From Myxococcota bacterium (GTDB lineage Bacteria > Myxococcota_A > UBA796 > UBA2385), in assembly GCA_044344255.1 (NCBI GenBank), contig JBIJDH010000001.1, forward strand, positions 224,001 through 288,000: DNA of 64,000 nt, given 5' to 3'. Of the stretch, positions 56,212 to 64,000 are shown in pieces; the stretch's first letter is position 1; each line of letters opens with the position of its first letter. The notes below the pieces were generated by a model. It was not told the origin of the DNA. It ran no database searches and saw only the letters and a list, made by a program, of their open reading frames with translations. The position numbers were made by a program, and so were the translations under genes.

Positions 56212-57885
56212 GCCAGCGGCGCCCAGCACGTAGACCACCACGAGCTCGTCCTCGGCGACGGGGGCGCCGAGGGCGGCCCACAGCGAGGCGCCGCCGCTCC
56301 AGCGCAGGCGGGCCTTGTAGACGACGAGGCCACGGTAGCCGAGGGCGGCCATCGCGCGGGCGTCGGCGCGCACCCTTTCGAGCGCTGCCTCGTCCTCGCC
56401 CGCCCCCTCGGCCGCCCCCTCGGCCGCCCGCCGGAGCCCGCGCAGGGCGGGGTGGACCGTCGCGGGCTTGGGCTCGTTGTTGAGGGTGGCGTTGGTGGGC
56501 TGGCCGTGCAGCACCTGGAGGAGGAGGTTCTGGTCGGCCGGCTCGCCGGGCCGGTGCAGGGGGTGGATGGGCGGCAGCTCGGCGAAGGGGCCCTCAAGGC
56601 CAATGAGGACGCTCCCCTCGGGGAGGGGGTAGGTCGGCATCCGCCCGGGGAGCGGGGCGCCGAAGCGGGCGTCGAGCAGCAGGAGGCCGAGGGCGAGGCC
56701 CGCCCAGCCGGGGCGCAGGCGCGAGACCGCGGCGGCCGCAGGCGGGATGAGGAGCAGCACCGCCACGGCGCCGGCGCGGTACCAGCGGGTGAGCGGGGCG
56801 AAGACCGGGAGCCGCTCGAGCAGCCCGGCGGGCCCGAGCAGCGTCCACCCCTCGCCGCCGAGCGCCCGCCCCTCGAAGGTGAGGAAGGGGCCGAGGGCGA
56901 GGGCGGCGAAGGCGGCGGCGCCGATCAGCCATGGGCGGCGCCCCCGCGCGCCGAGGAGCGCGAGCAGCACGAGGCCGAGGCCCAGGTAGGCGGTGGTGGC
57001 GGCCTCGGCGACGTGGCCGGTGAGCGGCGCCGGCACGAGCAGGTCGAGCAGATCCGCCCCCTCCCGCCAGGCACCCCGCCAGAGCGGCGTGGGCATCGGC
57101 ATCTCCGGGGCGAGGCGACCCACCGTGCCCGGCGCGGCGCCGCTCCGGGAGAGGGCCGCGGAGGCCGCAGGCAGGGAGGCGAGCACGGCCAGGGCCGCCG
57201 GCAGCAGGTGGGCGCGGGTCCGCCCGAGCAGCCAGATGCCCACGGGGAGGTCGATGAGCGCGGTCCAGACCGCGTTGTAGGGCCCGCTGTAGACGGCGGC
57301 GACGAGGCAGCCGCCGAGCGCGAGGAGGCGGGCCGCGCTCACCCGCTCGGCCAGGGAGAGCAGGAGCGCGAGCTGGAGCCCGACCCAGCCGACCCCGAGG
57401 CCCTCGGTGATGCCATCGACGCCGATCGCCAGCAGGCCCGGCACGCTGCAGCCGACGACGACGCCCAAGAGCGCGGCGGCGAGCCCCGGAGCCGCCCGCC
57501 GCGCGAGGCAGAGGCCGGCGAGGCCGCTCACCCAGAGCCCGGTCAAGAGCACGAGGTTGAAGCCCATCGCCGGCCCCCCGAGGGCGGCGCCGAGGGCATA
57601 GGGCAGGAGGTGGAGCGGGTCGATGAGGGCGGCGTCCACCCCCTCGGGCCCGGCGAGCAGGGCCGTGTGCATCGCGAGGGGGTGGCCCTCCCGCAGCGCC
57701 GCCCACCAGCCCCAGAGGTGCGAGACCCCCTCGGCCTGGGGTGAGGTGGTGAGCGCGGTCGTGGCCTGTAGGGGGAGCGGCCAGAGCAGGAGGGGCGGCA
57801 GCAGGAGGAGGAGCAGCCCCGGCGCCAGGGCGCGGCCCCAGGCGAAGCCACCGTGGCCGAGGGGGGGCGCGGCGGCGGGCTCCAT
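56203..57885 (-). CDS. Polytopic membrane protein, possibly GT-C/YfhO-like
   Basis: Many hydrophobic helices, HLWGWW, P.G, YLG, LALGP; soluble C-terminal domain. Confidence 0.6.
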   Translation of the reverse strand: MEPAAAPPLGHGGFAWGRALAPGLLLLLLPPLLLWPLPLQATTALTTSPQAEGVSHLWGWWAALREGHPLAMHTALLAGPEGVDAALIDPLHLLPYALGAALGGPAMGFNLVLLTGLWVSGLAGLCLARRAAPGLAAALLGVVVGCSVPGLLAIGVDGITEGLGVGWVGLQLALLLSLAERVSAARLLALGGCLVAAVYSGPYNAVWTALIDLPVGIWLLGRTRAHLLPAALAVLASLPAASAALSRSGAAPGTVGRLAPEMPMPTPLWRGAWREGADLLDLLVPAPLTGHVAEAATTAYLGLGLVLLALLGARGRRPWLIGAAAFAALALGPFLTFEGRALGGEGWTLLGPAGLLERLPVFAPLTRWYRAGAVAVLLLIPPAAAAVSRLRPGWAGLALGLLLLDARFGAPLPGRMPTYPLPEGSVLIGLEGPFAELPPIHPLHRPGEPADQNLLLQVLHGQPTNATLNNEPKPATVHPALRGLRRAAEGAAEGAGEDEAALERVRADARAMAALGYRGLVVYKARLRWSGGASLWAALGAPVAEDELVVVYVLGAAGSG

Positions 57886-58877
57886 CAGGCCTCCGGCTGC
57901 GCGACCACGAGGCTCCACCAGCCGGGCGCGGTGAAGCGCACCGAGGCCGCCTCGGCCCCCGGCGTGAGCGCGGCGATGAGCTCGACCTCCTCCAAGACGA
58001 AGGACTTGCGGATGCTGACGAGGGTGTCGTGCATGCCCGGCCGCCCGCCCCCGAGCAGGGCGAAGATCGCCACGCCGACCGGCGCCGACGAGGCCGCCCG
58101 GTAGGGGTCGAGCAAGACGACCGCCCGGCGCGCCGCCGGGATCGCCCGGGCGAGCAGCACCGCGGTGTCTCCCGGCCCGAAGTGATGGAGCGCGTTCGAG
58201 CAGGTGATGATGTCCCACTCGCCGACGGGCAGGGGGCTCCCGAGCGCGTCGAGCAGCCGGTTCTCGAGGACCACCCCCGCCGCCGCCGCCCGCCGCGCGG
58301 TCAGCGGCAGGTAGTCGGGGTTGATGTCGGAGGCCGTGACCTCGAGGGCCTCCCCGCGGGCGGCCGAGATCTGGGCGATGGCGACGGGGAAGGCCCCATG
58401 CCCGCTCGCGATGTCGAGCAGGCGGGTGGGCCGGGCGCCCAGGCCTGCCGGGTAGAGGAAGGGCCCGAGCAGGTCGTAGGCCCGCTCGAAGGTGCCGATC
58501 CAGCCGTGGGTGCGCTCGAGGGTCTCGAGGATGCCCGACCGGACCGCCTCGGGGACGTCGTCGCGGTCCATCAGCTCGACCCGCTCGGTGGGCATCACCC
58601 CGTCGAGGCGCGCGAGGCCCCGCCGCAGGCGACCCTGTCCGAGGGCGCGGACGAGCACCCGATGGCGCGCGACCGCCTCGGTGACGGTGCCGCGGAGGAG
58701 GGCGGTCCAGCCAGGGTCTCCCGCGGCGTGGCGGGCCTTGATCTCGGCGGCCTCCGCCCGGAGCTCGGCCAAGACCTGATCCCGGGCCGCCGCGCGGGCG
58801 GGGCCGAGGAGCTGGGCGCCCGGCGGGAGGGGCAGGCCCGCGGCCCAGTCGAGGAGGGTCCGATGGACGACGTTCAT
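57885..58877 (-). CDS. Class I SAM-dependent methyltransferase
   Basis: ELMD, LLDIASGHG, SDIN, SNALHHF. Confidence 0.85.
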   Translation of the reverse strand: MNVVHRTLLDWAAGLPLPPGAQLLGPARAAARDQVLAELRAEAAEIKARHAAGDPGWTALLRGTVTEAVARHRVLVRALGQGRLRRGLARLDGVMPTERVELMDRDDVPEAVRSGILETLERTHGWIGTFERAYDLLGPFLYPAGLGARPTRLLDIASGHGAFPVAIAQISAARGEALEVTASDINPDYLPLTARRAAAAGVVLENRLLDALGSPLPVGEWDIITCSNALHHFGPGDTAVLLARAIPAARRAVVLLDPYRAASSAPVGVAIFALLGGGRPGMHDTLVSIRKSFVLEEVELIAALTPGAEAASVRFTAPGWWSLVVAQPEA

Positions 58878-58989
58878 CTGGCTGCCTACCCCAGCGGCGC
58901 CCCCGCGGCGCCCCCGCAGCGACCCGGGCGAGAGGCGATCTCCCCCCGCGTCCGCCCCGCCACCGCCGGGCTCACGGCATCGCCTACCT

Positions 58990-59739
58990 CTAGGGAGGCG
59001 CGGCCTCGCCGCGGCGGTCGATCATCCCGCCGCCCGCCTCGGCGGCGCCCTCCGCCTCCGCCTCTTCCCCCGCCCCTTCCTCCGCTTCGTCCTCGTCGGC
59101 GGTGATGTCGAAGGGCAGGGTGACCTCGACGCCCCCCGGCGCGGCGGGCCAGTCCTGCTCGTAGACGGCAGCCGAGAAGCAGCCGAGGACGCCCACGGGC
59201 ACGGTGGCGTGCTCGCTCACCCAGGCCTCCTGCACCCCCTCGGGGCCGAGCTGGAAGGACAGCACGACGTGGCCCTCAATCTCCGGATCTTCGGCCGTCC
59301 AGGCCTCCACACAGGCGGTGATCGAGGGGCTCATCCGCTCGGCCACCGTCGACAGGCCCTGGGCGTCGAGGCGGAGGGTGGGATCGACCCCGCCCCGCTC
59401 CGCCGCGGTGTCCTCCGCCTCGGGATCGCCCTCGGCGCGGGCCGCGTGGGCACCGACGGTGGTGGAGACCGCCTCCGGCGCCGCGGGCGCGGCCGGCGAC
59501 GGGGCGCGGGGGGCCCGACCGGCGGCGGGGGGCCGGGCGCGGGTGGGGCGCGGGATCGCGGCCCGCGCAGGCGACCCCTTCGCGGCGAGGTCGGCGGCGC
59601 CCGGCAGCGCGGCGGGCTCCGCGACCGAGGCCGGCGGCCCGAGCAGCCACAGGGCGGAGAGGCCCGCGGCGCCGACGGTGACGAGGACAGCGACAGGCGG
59701 GGCCCAGCGGGAGCGCATCTTCGACCTCCGGAGGAGCAT
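58990..59739 (-). CDS. Membrane-anchored protein with AgmX/PglI (TonB-C-like) C-terminal domain
   Basis: TM helix, Pro/Ala linker, ITAC..IEGHVVLSFQLGPEGV..GC..WP..VTLPF; start 59739 or 59718. Confidence 0.7.
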   Translation of the reverse strand: MLLRRSKMRSRWAPPVAVLVTVGAAGLSALWLLGPPASVAEPAALPGAADLAAKGSPARAAIPRPTRARPPAAGRAPRAPSPAAPAAPEAVSTTVGAHAARAEGDPEAEDTAAERGGVDPTLRLDAQGLSTVAERMSPSITACVEAWTAEDPEIEGHVVLSFQLGPEGVQEAWVSEHATVPVGVLGCFSAAVYEQDWPAAPGGVEVTLPFDITADEDEAEEGAGEEAEAEGAAEAGGGMIDRRGEAAPP

Positions 59740-59809
59740 AGCCAGCCCCCTCGACCGCGGCCCTCGACCGCCGCGGCGGGGATAGGCTGCGGGCCCGCTC
59801 GGAGCGCCC

Positions 59810-62269
59810 GTGCTCAGCCTGACCGCCCTGCTCAGCCTCCCCGCCCTGGCCTGGGACCCCGACGCCGGGCTGATCCCGCCCTGGACCGACGAGGCCACCG
59901 TCGAGACCAGCTCGAACCCCGACCTCTCCGAGCGGGTCCTCGACGGCGACGACAACACGAACTGGACCTCGGGGAGCTGCTTCCCCTCGGGCTTCCTGTC
60001 GCGCGCCGAGCTCAACCCGCTGGCCCTCGCCTGCGCGGCGGGCCGCTGCACGCTCTCCGGCGCCGGCTCCCCCGACGGCGCCACCGACGCCGACGTCTAC
60101 ACCGGGGCCAGCGCCGCTCTCTCCGGCGGCAGCGCCAGCCTGCGGGTCGAGCTCGCGGCCGCGCAGCTCCTCGACGAGGTGGCCTTCCGCGGCTTCGGCG
60201 GCACCATCGACGTCAGCGTCGAGACGGCCTCCGGTGGCCTGCTCTCGGTCGGCACCTACACGAGCGCCGAGGCCTACACACTCCAGCGTTACGCCGCCCC
60301 CACCGAGGCCGTGGCCGCCGTGCTCCTCACCGCCACGAGCGGCTTCACCGTCACCGAGGTGGGCGCCTACCGCGGCCCCTGCCTCGAGTGGGCGACGGTC
60401 GACCTCGGCCTCGCCCGCCCGGTCGGCGTCGTGCGCAGCCGCCACTGGGCCGGGGGCAAGGGCCTCTCGAGCGCGCTGTACGGCTCGCTCGACGGGCTCG
60501 CCTGGACCCTCCTCGCCGACCTGGACCCCGAGGCCCTGGGCGCGGTCGAGACCCGCCTCCCCGCCGACCCGGAGCTCCGCTACCTCAAGGTCGAGCACGA
60601 GGTCAGCCCCGAGGACTACGCCAAGGTCTACGTCTGGGAGCTCGACGCCTGGGACCACGACGGGGAGACGGGCCCCATGCCCTCCTTCTCGGGCGCCGTC
60701 GCCCCGCTCTCCGAGATGATCGGCGTCAATGGCATCTGGGGCTGGGGCACCTCCGGCTACTCCGACAGCCTGCCCCCCGGCGAGGGCCCCGAGCGGTACA
60801 CCGCCGTCGCCCCGCACGCCCGCAACTACCACAACCTCGGCTGGGACATCACCGACCCCGACCACGTCCCCGCCTACGAGGACATGGCCACGAGCGGCAC
60901 CGAGGCCCAGTGGTGGCTCGACTGGGACCGCGAGTACGACGACTGGGCCGCCGCCGGCCTCGACGTGACCGCCTCGGTGCAATTCACCGCCCGTGACGCG
61001 CCCGCCGCGAGCTGGGACGACCCCTACACCGCCGCCTACACCTACGCCGAGGCGATGGCCCGCCACTTCGGCCCCACCGCGGGCACGGGCTCGCTCACGG
61101 CGATCGAGGCCGGTAACGAGCCCTGGGACTACCCGGCTGACTTCTACAACGAGGTGCTCTCCGGCTTCGTCGACGGGGCCAAGGCCGGCGACCCGGCGAT
61201 GCGGGTGCTGCCCTGCGCGCTGCAGGCCCACGACCCCGACGCCGAGACCGAGGCCGGCGGCCACTACATCGGCGCCCGCGTGGACGAGGCCACCGCCGCA
61301 TCGCTCGACGCCCTCAACATTCACGCCTACAGCGTGCGCAACGACGAGGCCGGCGTGCGGGTCGGCGTGCCCCCCGAGGACGCCGGCTCCTCCTCCCGCC
61401 AGGTGCTCAACCTGCTGCGCTGGCGCGACACGAACACCCCCGGCCTGCCGGTCTGGCTCACCGAGTGGGGCTGGGACAGCGACGGGGCCGGCGAGACCTG
61501 CTCGAACAGCGAGTGTGTCTCCGAGGCGGCGGCCACCGCCTACGCCCAGCGCGGCGCCCTGCTCTGGAACCGGCTCGGCCTCGAGCGGGCCACCTGGTTC
61601 TTCTACGCCAACATCTCGGGCTGCGACACGCTCTTCTGTCGGAGCGGCCTCACGGGCACGGTCGAGGGCGGCTTCGCCCCGAAGGGCCCCTACCAGGCCC
61701 TCGCCGCCCTCCGCGCCCTCCTCGGCGAGGCGCGGGTGGTCGGGGTCATCGAGGAGTCGGACGCCGCCTGGGTCTACCTCCTCGGCGGCGCCGACGGCGT
61801 GCCCACCCACCTCGTCGGCTGGACCCCCACCGACCCCGCCGAGGGCGCCACGGCCACCGTCGATGTGCCCCGCCCCGAGGCCCCGCGCCGCGCTTACACC
61901 CTGCCCGGCACGAGCGCCGAGCCGGCCGAGGCGCCCCTCCCCACCGTGACCGACGGGGCCATCCGCCTCACCCTCGGCGCGCTGCCGCTCTACGTCGAGC
62001 TCGACGTCGGCGGGCCCGACGACAGCGGCGCTCCCGGCGACTCTGGCGCCCCCGACGGCGGCGACGGCGCCGACGGCGGCGATGGCGGCGACGGCGCGGC
62101 CGACGGCGATGCGGGCGCGGCCGACGAAGACAGCGAGGACGGGGGCGACAAGGCGGGCGGCTGCGGCTGCAGCGCGGCCCCCGACGGCCGCCGGTGGAGC
62201 GGGGCCCTCGCCGCCCTGCTCGGCCTCGCCGGGCTGCGGCGGCGCCGGGCGCGGCGGGGCGGAGGCTGA
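59810..62269 (+). CDS. Secreted clan GH-A glycoside hydrolase with discoidin-like N-terminal domains and MYXO-CTERM tail
   Basis: Signal peptide; AGNEP acid/base, LNIHAY, WLTEWGW nucleophile; GGCGC..hydrophobic..RRRR terminus. Confidence 0.8.
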   Translation: MLSLTALLSLPALAWDPDAGLIPPWTDEATVETSSNPDLSERVLDGDDNTNWTSGSCFPSGFLSRAELNPLALACAAGRCTLSGAGSPDGATDADVYTGASAALSGGSASLRVELAAAQLLDEVAFRGFGGTIDVSVETASGGLLSVGTYTSAEAYTLQRYAAPTEAVAAVLLTATSGFTVTEVGAYRGPCLEWATVDLGLARPVGVVRSRHWAGGKGLSSALYGSLDGLAWTLLADLDPEALGAVETRLPADPELRYLKVEHEVSPEDYAKVYVWELDAWDHDGETGPMPSFSGAVAPLSEMIGVNGIWGWGTSGYSDSLPPGEGPERYTAVAPHARNYHNLGWDITDPDHVPAYEDMATSGTEAQWWLDWDREYDDWAAAGLDVTASVQFTARDAPAASWDDPYTAAYTYAEAMARHFGPTAGTGSLTAIEAGNEPWDYPADFYNEVLSGFVDGAKAGDPAMRVLPCALQAHDPDAETEAGGHYIGARVDEATAASLDALNIHAYSVRNDEAGVRVGVPPEDAGSSSRQVLNLLRWRDTNTPGLPVWLTEWGWDSDGAGETCSNSECVSEAAATAYAQRGALLWNRLGLERATWFFYANISGCDTLFCRSGLTGTVEGGFAPKGPYQALAALRALLGEARVVGVIEESDAAWVYLLGGADGVPTHLVGWTPTDPAEGATATVDVPRPEAPRRAYTLPGTSAEPAEAPLPTVTDGAIRLTLGALPLYVELDVGGPDDSGAPGDSGAPDGGDGADGGDGGDGAADGDAGAADEDSEDGGDKAGGCGCSAAPDGRRWSGALAALLGLAGLRRRRARRGGG

Positions 62270-62278
62270 CTCGGGGCG

Positions 62279-62309
62279 CCGGGCGGCCGGTTCCCGTTGG
62301 GCCGCCCGG
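62279..62309 (+). terminator. GC-rich hairpin after the glycoside hydrolase gene (no U-tract)
   Basis: CCGGGCGGCC-N11-GGCCGCCCGG, 10 nt after the stop. Confidence 0.35.
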
Positions 62310-62337
62310 TGGTTACGGCAGGGGCCGAGGACAACCC

Positions 62338-63684
62338 ATGTCGGCCCGTACCCCCGTGCTCCGCAACTTCTATCGAAAGCTCTCGGGCGAGAACGCGCGG
62401 CCGTTGGAGCCGGACTCCCCGTACTATGTAGACATCCTCGCCTCCGATCTGCGCCGGGATCCCATCCTCGCCCTGAACACCCGCCTGCTCTTCGCCGAAT
62501 CGGAGAGCGTGAACCTGCTCACGGGCTTTCGGGGAAATGGAAAGAGCACGGAGCTCCGGCGCCTGAAGCGCCTGCTCGAAGGCCAAGGCTGCGCCGTCTA
62601 CCTGGTGGACATGCTGGACAGCCTCCTGCTCACCAAGCCGATCGAGGTGAGCGACTTCCTCCTCGCCCTCATGGCCGCGCTGTCAAAGGTCATCGAAGGG
62701 GACGACGGGCTCCGGCCCATCCGGGAGAGCTACTGGGAGCGAATGAAGAAGCTCTTCCAGGCCGAGCTGGAGCTCGATGGGGTCGGCCTCTCCGCGGAGG
62801 CGGGGGGAGACGTCGGACTGGCTTCGGCGACGGTCGCCGCCGAGCTCGCGCTCAAGCTGAAGATCGACCCTACCTTCAAGGAGCGGGTGCAGGAGCGGCT
62901 CCGCGGACACATGACCACCCTCGTCCAGCAGGTCCACTCCTTTGTGCGGGAGCTCGTGCAGACCCTACGCTCCCGGGCCGGTGACCCCGACCTCAAGGTG
63001 GTGCTGCTCGTGGACTCCGTGGAGCAGATCCGCGGCATCGGTGACGAGGCCGAAGCCGTCCACAATAGCGTAGTGGACACCTTCTACAATCAGGCGGTGA
63101 GCCTCGCGCTCCCGACTCTGCACGTCGTCTACACTGTGCCCCCCTTCTTCCTTGCCCTGATGAGCAACGCGGCGCGGCCCTTCGGCGGCACCATCACGTC
63201 CTGGCCGAATATTCACGTCCGCAGTCGGGATGGCAAGGAGGACCCGGATGGCCTCGCGGTGATGGAGAAGATCATCAGCCAGCGGCTGCCCGACTGGCAG
63301 TCGGTGATCTCCGCCCCCCGTCTCCGTCAGCTCGCCGAGCGGTCCGGGGGCGACATCCGCGACTACTTCCGCCTCCTGCGCGAGTGCGCGGTGTTGCTGG
63401 AGACGGGCGGCATGTTTGCCGTTGATGATCCTCTCCTTGTCCGCGTTCAGCAGCACCTCCTCCGAGAGCTCCTGCCCATCGCACGCGACGACGCGCGCTG
63501 GCTGCTCAAGATCCATCAGCAGAAGAAGACGGCCCTCGACTCGGTGGAGGACGTGCCCCGCTTCGCTCGTTTCCTCGACTCGAACCTCGTGATGAACTAC
63601 CTCAATGGTGAGCCCTGGTATGACATCCACCCGCTCATCGTGAATGAGGTGACCGAGCTCGGCACGGAGCCCGCCCCCGAATGA
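62338..63684 (+). CDS. AAA+/STAND-like P-loop NTPase
   Basis: Walker A GFRGNGKST, Walker B VVLLVD, SGGDIRD sensor motif, C-terminal WYDIHP. Confidence 0.82.
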   Translation: MSARTPVLRNFYRKLSGENARPLEPDSPYYVDILASDLRRDPILALNTRLLFAESESVNLLTGFRGNGKSTELRRLKRLLEGQGCAVYLVDMLDSLLLTKPIEVSDFLLALMAALSKVIEGDDGLRPIRESYWERMKKLFQAELELDGVGLSAEAGGDVGLASATVAAELALKLKIDPTFKERVQERLRGHMTTLVQQVHSFVRELVQTLRSRAGDPDLKVVLLVDSVEQIRGIGDEAEAVHNSVVDTFYNQAVSLALPTLHVVYTVPPFFLALMSNAARPFGGTITSWPNIHVRSRDGKEDPDGLAVMEKIISQRLPDWQSVISAPRLRQLAERSGGDIRDYFRLLRECAVLLETGGMFAVDDPLLVRVQQHLLRELLPIARDDARWLLKIHQQKKTALDSVEDVPRFARFLDSNLVMNYLNGEPWYDIHPLIVNEVTELGTEPAPE

Positions 63685-64000
63685 CAGATCGAGGGCTGCT
63701 CCCCGCTGGAGAGGAGGCCTGGGAGCAGCTCCGCCAGAACCTGGACTGGGCGGAGGGCTTCTGCCTTGGCCTCATCCTGAGCGAGAACAGCGGTGTGGTG
63801 GGGGTGCTCCGCGAGCGCCTGGCCGACATCTACCGGGCGCGGGTCACCCGACTCGACACCGTGAAGCTGGAGCGCCCCGAGCAGCTCGCCTTCGAGCTCC
63901 TGCCTCGCCTCCTGCACCCCCCCGAGCATGAGCGGCTCCTCGCCGCGCCCTGCTGGGTGGACCTCTCCCGACAGGCGGGGGAGGCCTGGCGCGCCGCCCG
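63681..64000 (+). CDS. N-terminus of partner protein coupled to the ATPase (3' truncated by window edge)
   Basis: ATGA overlap; my translation MTDRGLLPAGEEAWEQLRQNLDWAEGFCLGLILSENSG... stays open to the window end; absent from the ORF track. Confidence 0.75.
   Translation, partial: MTDRGLLPAGEEAWEQLRQNLDWAEGFCLGLILSENSGVVGVLRERLADIYRARVTRLDTVKLERPEQLAFELLPRLLHPPEHERLLAAPCWVDLSRQAGEAWRAA

Noticed and set aside
57885..58877. Methyltransferase as part of a type III polyketide cluster
   Set aside because: The family resemblance is suggestive, but no PKS gene is in the window

Overview
Very high-GC, densely coding chromosomal segment, most likely from a Myxococcota-type bacterium (inferred from a MYXO-CTERM sorting tail, MopE-like DCDD motifs, an AgmX/PglI-like domain and many lipoproteins). 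About 55 real CDS. Housekeeping and metabolic blocks: GldF/GldG/DUF4340 ABC-accessory genes, ruvX, cinA, a DEAD-box helicase, argS, cobU-cobT-cobS and fur-chrA. A futalosine-pathway menaquinone operon is transcribed divergently from a GbsR/MarR regulator, with a perfect palindrome between them, and contains an MqnE-MqnA-degenerate MqnC triple fusion. A NorR-like sigma54 activator faces a perfect sigma54 promoter and phased palindromes, but it drives ahpC-ahpD rather than NO-reductase genes. An ECF42 operon carries its own recognisable promoter. Candidate conflict or defence elements: a low-GC ABC-ATPase + TOPRIM-like pair, an AAA+ ATPase with a coupled partner at the right edge, and an N-terminally shortened type IIG-like adenine methyltransferase coupled to argS. 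Also present: two paralogous secreted CotH kinase-lectin lipoproteins, a DUF1501/cytochrome c lipoprotein cluster, and recurrent codon-atypical AT-rich patches centred on GTAAC/GTTAC. No rRNA, tRNA, CRISPR array, transposase or integrase was recognised. All calls come from motif reading by eye; no database searches were run.
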